64,000 nucleotides of DNA from Campylobacterota bacterium (GCA_020633995.1 JACKCO010000003.1:4441-68440); one strand, 5' to 3'; positions 1-9,972 are shown, counted from the stretch's first letter. A program made the numbers and translations. The notes: generated by a model from the sequence alone, not told the origin.

Positions 1-1
1 G

Positions 2-196
2 GTAGCTCAAGAGAGCGAAATCGTTGCTAAGCCTAAACAGACAAGAGCTCCAAAGGATGACGTCAAAAAAACTGCAGCTGCAAAAACAACTGCTCGTGAA
101 GGTGTACGTGGCACATTGCAACAAGCACTCGAAGAACATGCTGCAAAGATGAAAGACGACGTCCCAGCTGATTCTGAAAAGAAAGACGAAGAATAA
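2..196 (+). CDS. 3' end of a CDS truncated by the window edge; Lys/Ala/Glu-rich tail, product unknown
   Basis: Frame 2 is open from the window edge to TAA at 194-196 (..KPKQTRAPKDDVKKTAAAKTTAREG..DSEKKDEE*). The stop overlaps the ndk ATG (TAATG). No family recognised. Confidence 0.45.
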   Translation, partial: VAQESEIVAKPKQTRAPKDDVKKTAAAKTTAREGVRGTLQQALEEHAAKMKDDVPADSEKKDEE

Positions 197-606
197 TGAT
201 GGAAAATACACTTGCAATTATTAAGCCTGATGCGGTTAAAGCTAAAAATACTGGCAAAATCATCGACCGTATAGAACAAGAGGGCTTTAACATTATCGAA
301 ATGAAAAAAATGCATCTGCAACGTAAAGACGCTGAAGCATTTTATGCGGTGCACAAAGATCGCGGTTTTTTTGGTGAACTGGTTGATTTTATGTCATCAG
401 GTCCAATTGTAGTCATGGCTCTTGAAAAAGAAAATGCTATCGCCGCGTGGAGAGACTTGATGGGGGCTACTGATCCTGCAAAGGCCGCTGACAATACAAT
501 TCGTAAGTTGTTTGGCGCCAATGTTGGCGAAAATGCAACACACGGCTCAGACGCACCAGATACAGCAAGAGAAGAACTCAATTTCTTCTTTCCTAATCTT
601 AGCTAA
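196..606 (+). CDS. ndk: Nucleoside diphosphate kinase
   Basis: 136 aa. LAIIKPDAV, GPIVVMALE and the active-site NATHGSD motif are typical of NDK along the full length. Confidence 0.95.
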   Translation: MMENTLAIIKPDAVKAKNTGKIIDRIEQEGFNIIEMKKMHLQRKDAEAFYAVHKDRGFFGELVDFMSSGPIVVMALEKENAIAAWRDLMGATDPAKAADNTIRKLFGANVGENATHGSDAPDTAREELNFFFPNLS

Positions 607-615
607 ATAAAAAAA

Positions 616-644
616 GGCCCTCCAAGTTTGGAGGGCCTTTTTTT
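616..644 (+). terminator. Rho-independent terminator after ndk
   Basis: GGCCCTCC-aagttt-GGAGGGCC stem-loop followed by a T run. Confidence 0.8.
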
Positions 645-694
645 ATAGGCAATTCAATCAAATAATTCGTAACAAATAAAAAGGAGAAAAACTC

Positions 695-1756
695 ATGACC
701 ATGACAAGAAGTTTAATCTTGCTCACCTCCTTACTACTTTTTATTCCCGATGCTCAATCTGCCGAAAAGCGTAAGTCAAATAAAAAGGATCACCCTTCTG
801 TAGGCGCGACAATCAAGCGTAAGTGTATACTCAACGGCGCGCCACTCCTACCAAATACCAGTTATCAAGCAACTCCCAAAGAAGCCCTAAACAAAGCAGC
901 TCATGTCCTTGAAAGCCTCTTTAGTGAATGCCCAGAGTGTACCTTCTCTCAGTACAACAGGCACCCTCACACCGTAGTACCATCTGAAGCTAATCTCGTA
1001 TGCACGGGGTGCCGTATAAAATTTACAAAAGGGGACCTTGTAACACTCACTGCACGATCGATCATCAATAACCTGAGCATACGATCAAACGAACCACATG
1101 GTATTTATTGCCAAAGATGCTGTGAATTCAGACATACTGGCCTTGAATCTGTTCAACACTGCATCCTGCACTACTCCCCCCAAGATCTAGTACTGCTGCA
1201 AGAAGGTAAAACTATAGAATATTTTGTAGATTTATTTAATAAAACTCGAAAAAGTATCTGTCGGCATTGTATGATGCAGGCATACCTTTTATTACAAGAC
1301 TTCCTTACTGACATCAAAAACTATGGGTTCATTGCGATTCTTTCAGAATCAATCGCCTTTTGTGCAAGAGGGGGTAATCTGTCAACATACCGCCCAGGCA
1401 TTGAGCACCTGCTCACCATTCCGGGTATTAGCTCGACTATAACAGGGCTTCAAAATGTAGTACTTAATACCCCAGACCTCAACTGCAAAGATCTTTCCCG
1501 TAAAGCTACTCATGCGTTGCTAGCAATGGCTATCACATCATCATATGTGGCAGCAGGCTTCACCATTCAAAAGCAAAAAAATCCTCTACCAACGCCACTA
1601 ACCATACTTGTAGCATTTGGTTTATGGCTTCATCAAACAATGGTACAAGAAGACCTCAACGGTGAATTGCACAAATTTTGCTATGCAAAAATACAGCTCT
1701 TGCTGGCTATAACCGCCACATTTTATCTACTGGGGCTAGGTACATTACTCTCTTAG
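695..1756 (+). CDS. Hypothetical exported/membrane protein with two Cys/His clusters and C-terminal TM helices
   Basis: AAGGAG RBS. Signal peptide MTMTRSLILLTSLLLFIPDAQSA. CPEC-x22-CTGC, then CQRCC..H..HCILH. Hydrophobic helices near the C terminus. No family recognised. Confidence 0.75.
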   Translation: MTMTRSLILLTSLLLFIPDAQSAEKRKSNKKDHPSVGATIKRKCILNGAPLLPNTSYQATPKEALNKAAHVLESLFSECPECTFSQYNRHPHTVVPSEANLVCTGCRIKFTKGDLVTLTARSIINNLSIRSNEPHGIYCQRCCEFRHTGLESVQHCILHYSPQDLVLLQEGKTIEYFVDLFNKTRKSICRHCMMQAYLLLQDFLTDIKNYGFIAILSESIAFCARGGNLSTYRPGIEHLLTIPGISSTITGLQNVVLNTPDLNCKDLSRKATHALLAMAITSSYVAAGFTIQKQKNPLPTPLTILVAFGLWLHQTMVQEDLNGELHKFCYAKIQLLLAITATFYLLGLGTLLS

Positions 1757-1768
1757 ACATATAAAAAA

Positions 1769-1796
1769 AGTCCCCCGGGTTTTCTTTCGGGGGACT
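1769..1796. terminator. Bidirectional terminator between convergent genes
   Basis: AGTCCCCCG-ggttttcttt-CGGGGGACT flanked by an A run and a T run. Confidence 0.75.
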
Positions 1797-1826
1797 AAAA
1801 CTAGAAGATACTATTATTAAAAAAAG

Positions 1827-2612
1827 CTACTTACAACCACACGCTTCTTTTGCAAGTTCATAATTTTTTTCAACCTGTTTCCAGTCAATAACACTCCACC
1901 ATGCGGTGATATAATCAGGACGCTTGTTTTGATATTTGAGGTAATAGGCGTGCTCCCAAACATCTAGTCCCATTATTGGAAAAAGTCCATCCTCAAACGT
2001 CGCATCTTGATTTCCCGTCGAGCTGACCACTAGCTTACCATTGCTGTCTACACATAGCCATGCCCAACCACTACCAAATCTACTTTGTGCAGCTTTATTA
2101 AATGATTCTTTGAGAGCATCAAATGAACCAAGATCCTTGTCAATTTTGCTCGCAAGTTCGCCAGATGGCTGCCCACCTCCATTGGGACTCATTACTTTCC
2201 AAAAGAGGGAGTGATTAAAATGTCCGCCACCATGATCACGCACTTTACTTGCAAGCTCTTCAGGCATGCCGCCAAGTGAACTCAGCAATTCTTCAAGTGT
2301 CTTACCATGATACTCAGTGTGAGGCTCAAGTGCTTTATTCAAATTACTAACATAAGCCTGATGATGCTTTGTATGATGCAACTCCATGGTTGGTGCATCA
2401 AGGTGAGGCTCAAGTGTGTCATACGCGTAATCAAGCTGTGGAAGACTATATGGATATTTATAATCTGAAAAGTGCTGTTTTTTAAAGCACGTCTTGCAAG
2501 ACCATTTGGTCCAACATTTTTTGACAGGACAACCACCACACATAAAATAAAGCGCTGCCCACAAGCCTACAATACCTACCACAAAACCAATTAAAAACGG
2601 GCACATTTTCAT
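1827..2612 (-). CDS. sodA: Mn/Fe superoxide dismutase (Mn-type motifs) with an N-terminal TM anchor and Cys-rich extension
   Basis: ELHHTKHH, GGGHFNHSLFW and DVWEHAYYLKYQN are metal-ligand motifs. It is preceded by about 50 extra residues (TM helix plus CGGCPVKKCWTKWSCKTC) and ends in ..ACGCK. Confidence 0.9.
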   Translation of the reverse strand: MKMCPFLIGFVVGIVGLWAALYFMCGGCPVKKCWTKWSCKTCFKKQHFSDYKYPYSLPQLDYAYDTLEPHLDAPTMELHHTKHHQAYVSNLNKALEPHTEYHGKTLEELLSSLGGMPEELASKVRDHGGGHFNHSLFWKVMSPNGGGQPSGELASKIDKDLGSFDALKESFNKAAQSRFGSGWAWLCVDSNGKLVVSSTGNQDATFEDGLFPIMGLDVWEHAYYLKYQNKRPDYITAWWSVIDWKQVEKNYELAKEACGCK

Positions 2613-2701
2613 AAAATCCCCTCACAGAAAAGGTTACCTAATAAACAATTACTGCAAGTGAATATAGAATCAATAGCGTGCAAATGCAACTTAAATTGGT
2701 T

Positions 2702-3115
2702 TCAATATAGATATTTTATCAACAACGCAAGTCCCAGATTAAACATACATCCCCAGACAATATCTACTGTTAATAATGAAATGTTTGAGTGGGCCATAAC
2801 CGCAAAATTTGTACATGCATAAATCCCATACGTGATCAATCCCCAAAATAGTCCATACATGCACGAAGTAATCCAGGAACATCTCTTCAGATATGGAAGC
2901 AAAAAGACAAGCTGACCAGAAACTACCAGCACCCAAACAGCCACGGCTGCAAACCAATGAAGCGCCCCCATCTGGGTAGCTGGACGCATTAACGGCCCAT
3001 AATTTGTTTTATAAAAATCGCTAGCAACAACACCAATCCAAACCAGCTCAACGGTCGCTGCAACACAACAAAGCGCTAAAAATCTGATACCAGCATAAAG
3101 AAACGTCATTCTCAT
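2702..3115 (-). CDS. Small integral membrane protein (about 4 TM helices)
   Basis: 137 aa, AGGGAG RBS, four hydrophobic segments. Possibly DUF2177-like, from memory only. Confidence 0.7.
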   Translation of the reverse strand: MRMTFLYAGIRFLALCCVAATVELVWIGVVASDFYKTNYGPLMRPATQMGALHWFAAVAVWVLVVSGQLVFLLPYLKRCSWITSCMYGLFWGLITYGIYACTNFAVMAHSNISLLTVDIVWGCMFNLGLALLIKYLY

Positions 3116-3163
3116 ACGAACTCCCTTTTTTATTTATCGTATAAATGACTGAGAAAGAAAAAG

Positions 3164-4087
3164 CTAGATTTTTTTCATTCGGCCAAGCAACGCCTGAAAG
3201 TCACGTGGTAATGGACAGGTATAATGATATTTCTTACCACCATATTCAAACTCAAGCGTTTGAGCATGCAATGCCTGACGAGCAATAAGTTTTGATTTGC
3301 TACCGTATAGCCCATCACCTACGATGCTATGTCCCAGCGCAGTCATGTGAACACGAATTTGATGGGTCCGACCAGTTACAATTTTTGCCTCTACTAAAGC
3401 AAAATCTTGAAAATATTCAAGAACCCTGTAGTACGTTAACGCAGGCTTGCTTGCAAAACCCATATGTGACATACGTTGCGGTTGCATTGGATTTCTACCA
3501 ATCGGATAATCAATTTTACCTTCTTGAGGAGGATTTCCGTGAACAAGCGTGACATATGTCTTATTCATGGCACGGTCTTTAAACATGGCTGCCAAGTCAG
3601 TTTGAGCTTTGCGGTGACGTGCAACCAGCAAAAGCCCGGACGTCTCTCTGTCAAGGCGATGCACAATCCCAGGACGAGCAGGATCATCAAAGTCACTAAA
3701 TTCCTTGTACCGCGCAAGCAAACCATTAACTAAAGAAACCTCATCTTTGCTACTTCGAGCTTGGTGAACAAGAAGCCCCGCAGGTTTGTTAACCACGATA
3801 AAGTCTGGCTGCTCATCAATAATTTCAAATTTAACGTCTGCTGGCTCAGAGTTTGGCTGCCAGTAACGAAACTCAATAGTGACGTGATCATTTAGTCGGA
3901 TGGTTGTACCCGTCTTGCTGACAATCCTTTTGTTGACACTAACGCATCCTTCTTTAATCAAATCTTGCAAATAAGAACGTGAGTGGTCGGGAAATTTACC
4001 AAGCAAAAACTTATCCAGACGAAGTCCAGAATCTTGCTCTTGATCACAAATAATGAAACTTGGTGTTTTCTGAGCACCATTAATCAT
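3164..4087 (-). CDS. rluD: RluA/RluD-family 23S rRNA pseudouridine synthase
   Basis: S4-like N terminus (LRLDKFL..SRSYLQDLIKEG). Catalytic HRLDRETSGLLLVA and GRTHQIRVH motifs. The ORF is open to 4225, but the Met at 4087 gives the canonical length. Confidence 0.85.
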   Translation of the reverse strand: MINGAQKTPSFIICDQEQDSGLRLDKFLLGKFPDHSRSYLQDLIKEGCVSVNKRIVSKTGTTIRLNDHVTIEFRYWQPNSEPADVKFEIIDEQPDFIVVNKPAGLLVHQARSSKDEVSLVNGLLARYKEFSDFDDPARPGIVHRLDRETSGLLLVARHRKAQTDLAAMFKDRAMNKTYVTLVHGNPPQEGKIDYPIGRNPMQPQRMSHMGFASKPALTYYRVLEYFQDFALVEAKIVTGRTHQIRVHMTALGHSIVGDGLYGSKSKLIARQALHAQTLEFEYGGKKYHYTCPLPRDFQALLGRMKKI

Positions 4088-4316
4088 AACTACTTCACCA
4101 TAACTAAAGATAAACATATACTGGTTACTTTCCCGTGGTTGCGGGATAAAGCCCCATACCCAAAAAAAGTAATTGTCTTTTATTATACATAATTTTATAT
4201 TAGTTGTAAATTTAGCAAGCAACAAAAAGTGTGCTATAATCGCATTTGTATACCAACATCACGTCCAAAAACACGAGAGTATCAGCGTTAACGGCTAGTC
4301 TAGAGCGAGGCCTTCT

Positions 4317-5681
4317 ATGTTAAAAATTACTGAAATTATTAATCAAATTGTCGATAATATTTCAAGCATCCTCAAAGAGGATAGTCCTCTAGGCAAGGAC
4401 CTCTGGAGAACGCTGACCCAGCAACACCCTGCTGATATTGCCATGATCATCAGCAAGCTGGACGACGACAAGCAAATCAAACTTTGCAAAAAATTACCCC
4501 GTGATTTACAGGGGGTAGTTTTTGAAAAAATTCCTTCTACGCTGCAGGCAGAATTACTAATAAAATTTAATACTGACGAAGCAGCCTTTATCATGAAAGG
4601 CCTTCATGCCGATGATTTGATCGACCTTTTTGAACATTTATCAGATCACGATTTAATCAAATACCTCAAGCTACTGCAGACCAAACAGCGTAGCCAGCTT
4701 ATTTCGCTTCTGAACTTCCCCCCAAATTCCGCCGGCTCTCACATGCACAGTGACGTCATCACGTTACAGGAAAATTTTACTGTTAAAAAAAGTATCGCTT
4801 TGCTTCAACGTATGGAGCTACAAACAGAGCTTTTTGAGCGAATTTATGTAACCAACAAAAATAATATTTTGATTGGCTATATCACCCTTGAACAACTTGT
4901 TTTAAATAAACCAGAAACCCCCCTTTCAGAAATTATCCATCTCAACGAGCTTCAGGTGTATGCTTACGAAGACCAAGAAGAAATTGCAAGCCAAATGCGC
5001 CACTATGATTTGCTGTATGTACCTGTAGTAGACGAAAAAAATCATTTCTTAGGTGTCATAACCGGGGACGATGTTTTTGACATTATCGAAGAAGAAGGCG
5101 AAGAAGATTTATATAAAATATCTGGGCTTTCTCCCGCAAAGGACGGTTATTTTGCTACACCTGTTACAACTTTAATCAGACAACGTAGCGCTTGGCTCGT
5201 GCTACTCCTAATATTCCAAAGCTGCTCAAGTTTCATTCTCTCACAATACCAAGACCTACTTAACAAATATGGCATGATAGCGGTATTTCTAACTATGCTC
5301 ATTGGTACTGGTGGAAATGCTGGCAACCAATCCGCAACATTAGTCATTCGTGGTTTTAGCACACGCGAAATGAATCGACGCAATACATTACAAGTGCTGC
5401 GACGTGAGTTTGGCATGTCTTTAGTTATTGCCTCACTTCTTGTATTTGTAAGCTTTGGCCGTGTTTATTGGGCATACAACAATCTATTAGGCGCTTTAAC
5501 TGTTAGTTTCTCTTTATTCCTTATTGTCATCACATCAATGACCCTAGGGACCCTAATACCTATCCTACTTGAACGTTTCGATTTTGACCCAGCCCACTCT
5601 GCTGCACCTTTTTTAGCAACCCTTATGGACGTACTTGGTGTGCTAATTTACTGCTTTATTTGCAGTAAAATACTACAATAG
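4317..5681 (+). CDS. mgtE: Magnesium transporter MgtE
   Basis: MgtE N domain (HPADIAMII), CBS pair, and a TM domain with the GGNAGNQSATLVIRG signature. Confidence 0.93.
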   Translation: MLKITEIINQIVDNISSILKEDSPLGKDLWRTLTQQHPADIAMIISKLDDDKQIKLCKKLPRDLQGVVFEKIPSTLQAELLIKFNTDEAAFIMKGLHADDLIDLFEHLSDHDLIKYLKLLQTKQRSQLISLLNFPPNSAGSHMHSDVITLQENFTVKKSIALLQRMELQTELFERIYVTNKNNILIGYITLEQLVLNKPETPLSEIIHLNELQVYAYEDQEEIASQMRHYDLLYVPVVDEKNHFLGVITGDDVFDIIEEEGEEDLYKISGLSPAKDGYFATPVTTLIRQRSAWLVLLLIFQSCSSFILSQYQDLLNKYGMIAVFLTMLIGTGGNAGNQSATLVIRGFSTREMNRRNTLQVLRREFGMSLVIASLLVFVSFGRVYWAYNNLLGALTVSFSLFLIVITSMTLGTLIPILLERFDFDPAHSAAPFLATLMDVLGVLIYCFICSKILQ

Positions 5682-5768
5682 ATAGGCTAGTAAGCTTTAT
5701 CCACAACCTTGTGCTTTCAATACTACCTAGAACTCAAACAAATCTTTATCTTTTTTCTCCTTTTTTTG

Positions 5769-5797
5769 TTGACAAAGCTCGGCCAATCCTATAAATT
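5769..5797 (+). promoter_or_regulatory. Sigma70-like promoter for the tRNA pair
   Basis: TTGACA (5769-5774), 17 nt, TAAATT (5792-5797), about 15 nt upstream of tRNA-Lys. Confidence 0.5.
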
Positions 5798-5813
5798 TCT
5801 TCACATGGTGAGC

Positions 5814-5889
5814 GAGCCGCTAGCTCAGTCGGTAGAGCAACAGCCTTTTAAGCTGTGGGTCGTAGGTTCGAGTCCTACGCGGCTCACCA
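5814..5889 (+). tRNA. tRNA-Lys (anticodon UUU), CCA encoded
   Basis: Hand-folded cloverleaf: acceptor GAGCCGC/GCGGCTC, D stem GCTC/GAGC, anticodon stem ACAGC/GCTGT with loop CTTTTAA, T arm GTAGG-TTCGAGT-CCTAC. Confidence 0.95.
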
Positions 5890-5906
5890 TTCTTTTGAAA
5901 TTGTAC

Positions 5907-5983
5907 GTCCCCATCGTCTAGTCGGCCTAGGACTCAGGATTTTCATTCCTGCAACAGGGGTTCGAATCCCCTTGGGGACGCCA
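5907..5983 (+). tRNA. tRNA-Glu (anticodon UUC), CCA encoded
   Basis: Acceptor GTCCCCA/TGGGGAC, anticodon stem CAGGA/TCCTG with loop TTTTCAT, T arm AGGGG-TTCGAAT-CCCCT. Closely resembles canonical bacterial tRNA-Glu. Confidence 0.95.
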
Positions 5984-6152
5984 TTTTACGTCATCGGCGT
6001 ACTCTAGTGTCATAATTCAAATAGTTTTTTGTATATCACAGACGTATTTTTTACTGCCTAAATTCTGTAAATAACTAATAAATTCAGTTATAAAATTTTG
6101 TTTTAAAAGTTAGAATTTTATTATTTATAAACGCTTGATTGAAGGTCTCATA

Positions 6153-7436
6153 ATGAAATCTATAAAAAATATTACTTCATTAATGATTGTAGGATTGCTG
6201 CTCGTTGATACAAGCTTTGCATATACCGATGCTGAGCTTCGACTGGCAAAATGTATTAAAAAATTCGACAGATCTGATTCAAAATTAATACAAACAGCTG
6301 AAAAAGGTAGTTTGAAGGATCTGAAAATCGCTTTAAATGATTCCGGAGTCAAGATTAACGAAGTAGGTCAACTATCCGGCATGACAGCATTGATGTATGC
6401 TAGTAGAAATGGTAATAAAGATATGGTTGCATTGCTTCTTAATAAGGGCGCTTGTCCTCATGTTAGAAGTCGCTGGGGTGATAATACAGCTTTAAGAGAA
6501 GCCGTAAAAGGAAACCATAAAAAAATTGTAAAACTACTACTTGATACACCTTCTAAAAATAGTGATCTACTTAGGCTTAGCCTTGGATATGCTTTGATAG
6601 AAGCCGCTAAAAATGGCTATCAAGATATAGTAGAGTTGCTTCTTGCTAATGGCGCCGATCCTAACGTTAAAGGTGATCCTGACGCCCAGAGTTGCATAAC
6701 ATCCACTACGGCTTTGATAGAAGCTTCTGGCCAAGGCCATACAAACATTGTCAAGCTGCTTCTTTCTAAAGGTGCCAATCCTAATATTGAAACGAGTGCA
6801 ACATCCACTACCGCTTTACACCAAGCCTCTAGCCAAGGCCATACAGATATCGTCAAATTACTTCTTGCCAATAATGCTGATCCTAACATTAGAAATATAT
6901 GGGGCGCTACAGCTTTGGAACTTGCTAAACGTGAAAAACATAAAAAAATTATTGCACTGTTTAAAGGATCTACCGTAGCTTTAGACGATGCACTCATGAG
7001 TGCCATAGTAAATGGCGATGCCAAAGCTGTTAAAGCTCATATTGATGCGGGCGCTAACGTTAATACTAGGGATGGGAATAATAATCCTGCTCTTAATAAA
7101 GCTGCGGAAAAAGGCTATACCGAAATTGTTCGTATTCTCATAGATGCAGGCGCAGATGTTAACGCTACGGACGCGTTCGGTTTAACAGCACTCTTTTTTG
7201 CTATAGACAAAGGCTATGTTGAAACTGTAAAAATTCTTATGGCTAAAGGCACGGCTCAAGACAGCAAGGGCTTGGAAGATGCTTTTATGAGTACTGTATA
7301 CAGAGGTAATGCTGAATTGGTGGAAGCCCTTCTAAATGAGAGGGCTAGTAGTATGCGCAAAGATACTCTAGAAACAGCCTGTATGATGACCAGAGACAAA
7401 CGAATTATTAATGCTATTAAAGAAGTTCTACAATAA
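6153..7436 (+). CDS. Secreted ankyrin-repeat protein (about 10 ANK repeats)
   Basis: Signal peptide MKSIKNITSLMIVGLLLVDTSFA. Repeated TAL..A...G..DIVKLLL..GA(D/N)PN units. The ATG at 6153 with a GAAGG RBS is preferred over the TTG at 6135. Confidence 0.9.
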   Translation: MKSIKNITSLMIVGLLLVDTSFAYTDAELRLAKCIKKFDRSDSKLIQTAEKGSLKDLKIALNDSGVKINEVGQLSGMTALMYASRNGNKDMVALLLNKGACPHVRSRWGDNTALREAVKGNHKKIVKLLLDTPSKNSDLLRLSLGYALIEAAKNGYQDIVELLLANGADPNVKGDPDAQSCITSTTALIEASGQGHTNIVKLLLSKGANPNIETSATSTTALHQASSQGHTDIVKLLLANNADPNIRNIWGATALELAKREKHKKIIALFKGSTVALDDALMSAIVNGDAKAVKAHIDAGANVNTRDGNNNPALNKAAEKGYTEIVRILIDAGADVNATDAFGLTALFFAIDKGYVETVKILMAKGTAQDSKGLEDAFMSTVYRGNAELVEALLNERASSMRKDTLETACMMTRDKRIINAIKEVLQ

Positions 7437-7439
7437 TCA

Positions 7440-7484
7440 AAGCTGGCCTGTTTGAAACAGATTACCAGTAGGCCAGCTTTTTTG
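7440..7484 (+). terminator. Rho-independent terminator
   Basis: AAGCTGGCC...GGCCAGCTT stem followed by TTTTTT. Confidence 0.75.
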
Positions 7485-7514
7485 TTATTCATGTGACTTC
7501 GTCTTGGTTTTTAG

Positions 7515-8564
7515 ATGCTTGTGAAGAATAAACTATTACTCATTCTTTTCGCTGTTATTCAAACAACCTCAGCATTCAATAACAAAAAGATAGCTGAATA
7601 TTTGCAAAACAAAAAAGATTTCAGCGGAGCAATACTTATCTCGCATAAAAATTCAGTTATTTTCAAGCAATATTACGGATTTGAAAATCGAGAGCTTAAA
7701 ATAGCCAACAACAGCAAAACACAATTTCCCATAGCATCTAATACCAAAATTTTCACAGCAACCGCTATTATGCTTTTGCAAGATAAAAAATTATTGCAAG
7801 TAACCGATAACATAAGCAAATACATTCCTGAAGCTCATAATTTTACATCTGTAACTATACACCATTTATTAACGCATACTTCTGGCATACCCTGTTATTA
7901 TAAAAAATGGGCTGATATTTGCTCCTGTAAAAATTTAGACAACATAATTAGGCAAATAAGCACATGGCAACAAGAATTTATACCGGGCTCATCATATCAA
8001 TACTCAAACACCAATTACTTATTGCTAGCTCATATTATTGAAAAAGTTTCTGGACTGCCATACTATGATTTTTTGATGAAAAATATGTTTCATCCATTGA
8101 ATATGCACAACACTAACAGCGTCAGCACTGATGACATTACCAAAATAGCTCGTGGATACATCTCAAACAACAATAATATTACTAAATCACCCCTGATCAC
8201 AAGCCCACTAACGTTAATCGGCAATGGGGACTTATGCGTCAGTTTAGATGACCTGCACATTTGGCTAAAAGCACTCTTCTCATCAAAGATTATCACCAAA
8301 CCGAGTCTTGATATTTTAGCAGCAAAACAAACAGCACTCAGTCAACACAGTACCCGTGCTCATGGTTATGGCTGTTTTATTGATAAAAAAGACAATAAAA
8401 CGGTTGTTGAACATACAGGGGCTTTAATTGGATTTTTATCAAAGTTCATGGTTTTCCCTGATGATGATATCATGATCATCATTTTGACAAATGTAGAAAA
8501 TTTAGAAATATTTTCTGAAATTGAAAAACAGATTCCTAATATGCTTTTTTCTGATGGTGAATAA
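7515..8564 (+). CDS. Exported serine hydrolase of the beta-lactamase / class C PBP-like family
   Basis: Signal peptide. SxxK (ASNTK), YxN (YSNTNY) and HTG motifs in canonical order. Confidence 0.85.
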   Translation: MLVKNKLLLILFAVIQTTSAFNNKKIAEYLQNKKDFSGAILISHKNSVIFKQYYGFENRELKIANNSKTQFPIASNTKIFTATAIMLLQDKKLLQVTDNISKYIPEAHNFTSVTIHHLLTHTSGIPCYYKKWADICSCKNLDNIIRQISTWQQEFIPGSSYQYSNTNYLLLAHIIEKVSGLPYYDFLMKNMFHPLNMHNTNSVSTDDITKIARGYISNNNNITKSPLITSPLTLIGNGDLCVSLDDLHIWLKALFSSKIITKPSLDILAAKQTALSQHSTRAHGYGCFIDKKDNKTVVEHTGALIGFLSKFMVFPDDDIMIIILTNVENLEIFSEIEKQIPNMLFSDGE

Positions 8565-8697
8565 AATACTGCTCAAGGTATTTTGATCAGCAAAAATCAA
8601 ACACTTGAATTATCTCAAGCTTTTTTGCTACCGTTGACAAAGTCAAGCATATGACTTTTAAAATTGTCTTTAAAGTAAAATAAGGGGAGAACCATCG

Positions 8698-8967
8698 ATG
8701 GAAAACAATAATAATAAAAATAACAAAAACGATAACAAGCCGTCATCAATGTTTACCATGCCAAACACCTCTATGCTGCAGGGCCTGCTTGCATTTATTT
8801 TTGGTGTTATTTTAATCGTTATGTCATACAAAATCATCTTAAATATGCTTTTTTTCATTGCCGGATCAATGTTCGTCTATTACGGGCTCGTACTTCTTAA
8901 AATTGACAATGCTACACACTTTATTGATAGCTGCATGCAAAAGCTTAGAAGCTTTATTAACCGCTAA
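8698..8967 (+). CDS. Small membrane protein with an Asn/Lys-rich N terminus and two TM helices
   Basis: GGGGAG RBS. MENNNNKNNKNDNK followed by two hydrophobic helices. Confidence 0.65.
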   Translation: MENNNNKNNKNDNKPSSMFTMPNTSMLQGLLAFIFGVILIVMSYKIILNMLFFIAGSMFVYYGLVLLKIDNATHFIDSCMQKLRSFINR

Positions 8968-8997
8968 GAAAAGGGCCTTCTCCTGAAGGCCCTTTTC
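8968..8997. terminator. Bidirectional terminator
   Basis: GAAAAGGGCCTTC-tcct-GAAGGCCCTTTTC perfect 13-bp hairpin between convergent genes. Confidence 0.8.
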
Positions 8998-9019
8998 TTA
9001 GTCAAATTCAACTCTAGTT

Positions 9020-9694
9020 TTAACTTCTTAATTTCATATCATATACCGCAAGAAACGCAAACAAGGTCATAAGAACCAGGTGCGTCTTAAAACGGGCCGT
9101 TGCATGACGCATCATAATAGTGTTAGAACCCAGACGGGCAAGAGCTCGAACCACGTCGCACGTAAGCTTTTTCTTTGTATCAGTCTGGAATGTGCGCACT
9201 ATTCCCGCGCCCGAAGACAACAAAGGTAAATAATAGCTAACAAGGGCATCAAAGGCTTGCTCACACTCAATCTCAACCTCCTTGGACATATCATCACCAC
9301 CTTGCAATTTTGATTTGCTCGCAATAGATTGCCAAATCGACTCTCCCAATATGGTACCAGCCAACGTGTTACACAAGCAAACAATGGCATACAAGCTACC
9401 AAAGACTTGGTAGTGGACAAAATCATTAGTATGATCACGATTGTAATATTCAAGCCCGTGAATACCAACACGCAATGAATTCACAAGCGTATCAAGCAAA
9501 GCCGCAAACTTTTTATCCTCATTCTTTATAAGAACCTTATTTGTCTCAATGCTCAGCGGTAGCTCAAGGAACGCCACTATCCTTCCTACAGCCTCCGTTG
9601 TAGTCAACTGGGCTTGGATGGAACTGCCCACAAGAGAAAATAAAAAAATGGTAGAGCTAAAAACATACAAAGCTCTTTTTCTATAGATCTTCAT
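9020..9694 (-). CDS. Hypothetical signal-peptide protein with a hydrophobic C-terminal segment
   Basis: The ORF is open to a TTG at 9721. The ATG at 9694 gives MKIYRKRALYVFSSTIFLFSLVGSSIQA. No family recognised. Confidence 0.65.
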   Translation of the reverse strand: MKIYRKRALYVFSSTIFLFSLVGSSIQAQLTTTEAVGRIVAFLELPLSIETNKVLIKNEDKKFAALLDTLVNSLRVGIHGLEYYNRDHTNDFVHYQVFGSLYAIVCLCNTLAGTILGESIWQSIASKSKLQGGDDMSKEVEIECEQAFDALVSYYLPLLSSGAGIVRTFQTDTKKKLTCDVVRALARLGSNTIMMRHATARFKTHLVLMTLFAFLAVYDMKLRS

Positions 9695-9972
9695 AATCAA
9701 GCTAGAAATCCCTTTATACAAAACACACTCTGTTATTACAGACCCTTCAAGTCAACACAGAAAAAATACTTTCGTCAAATATCACTCGCTCAGTAGGTGT
9801 TTTGTTGATTAATAATTTCAAAATGAAAAAAATACCATCATGCAATTAATATGCAGCCTTCCACTCACGTAAGCCATTCAAACCCTTTCAAATATATGGT
9901 AATTTGAGTGTATGCAAAATAACAAACTCAAGAATAGAGATTTATCCTTATTCAACGACGAGGACCCAATCC

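Noticed and set aside
5709-5921. 70-aa ORF
   Set aside because: It runs straight through tRNA-Lys and into tRNA-Glu. It is an artefact of the tRNA sequences.
9722-9972. 250-nt leader upstream of valS as a T-box or other riboswitch
   Set aside because: I found no T-box sequence (AGGGTGGNACCGCG-like), no specifier or terminator-antiterminator arrangement, and no recognisable riboswitch core.
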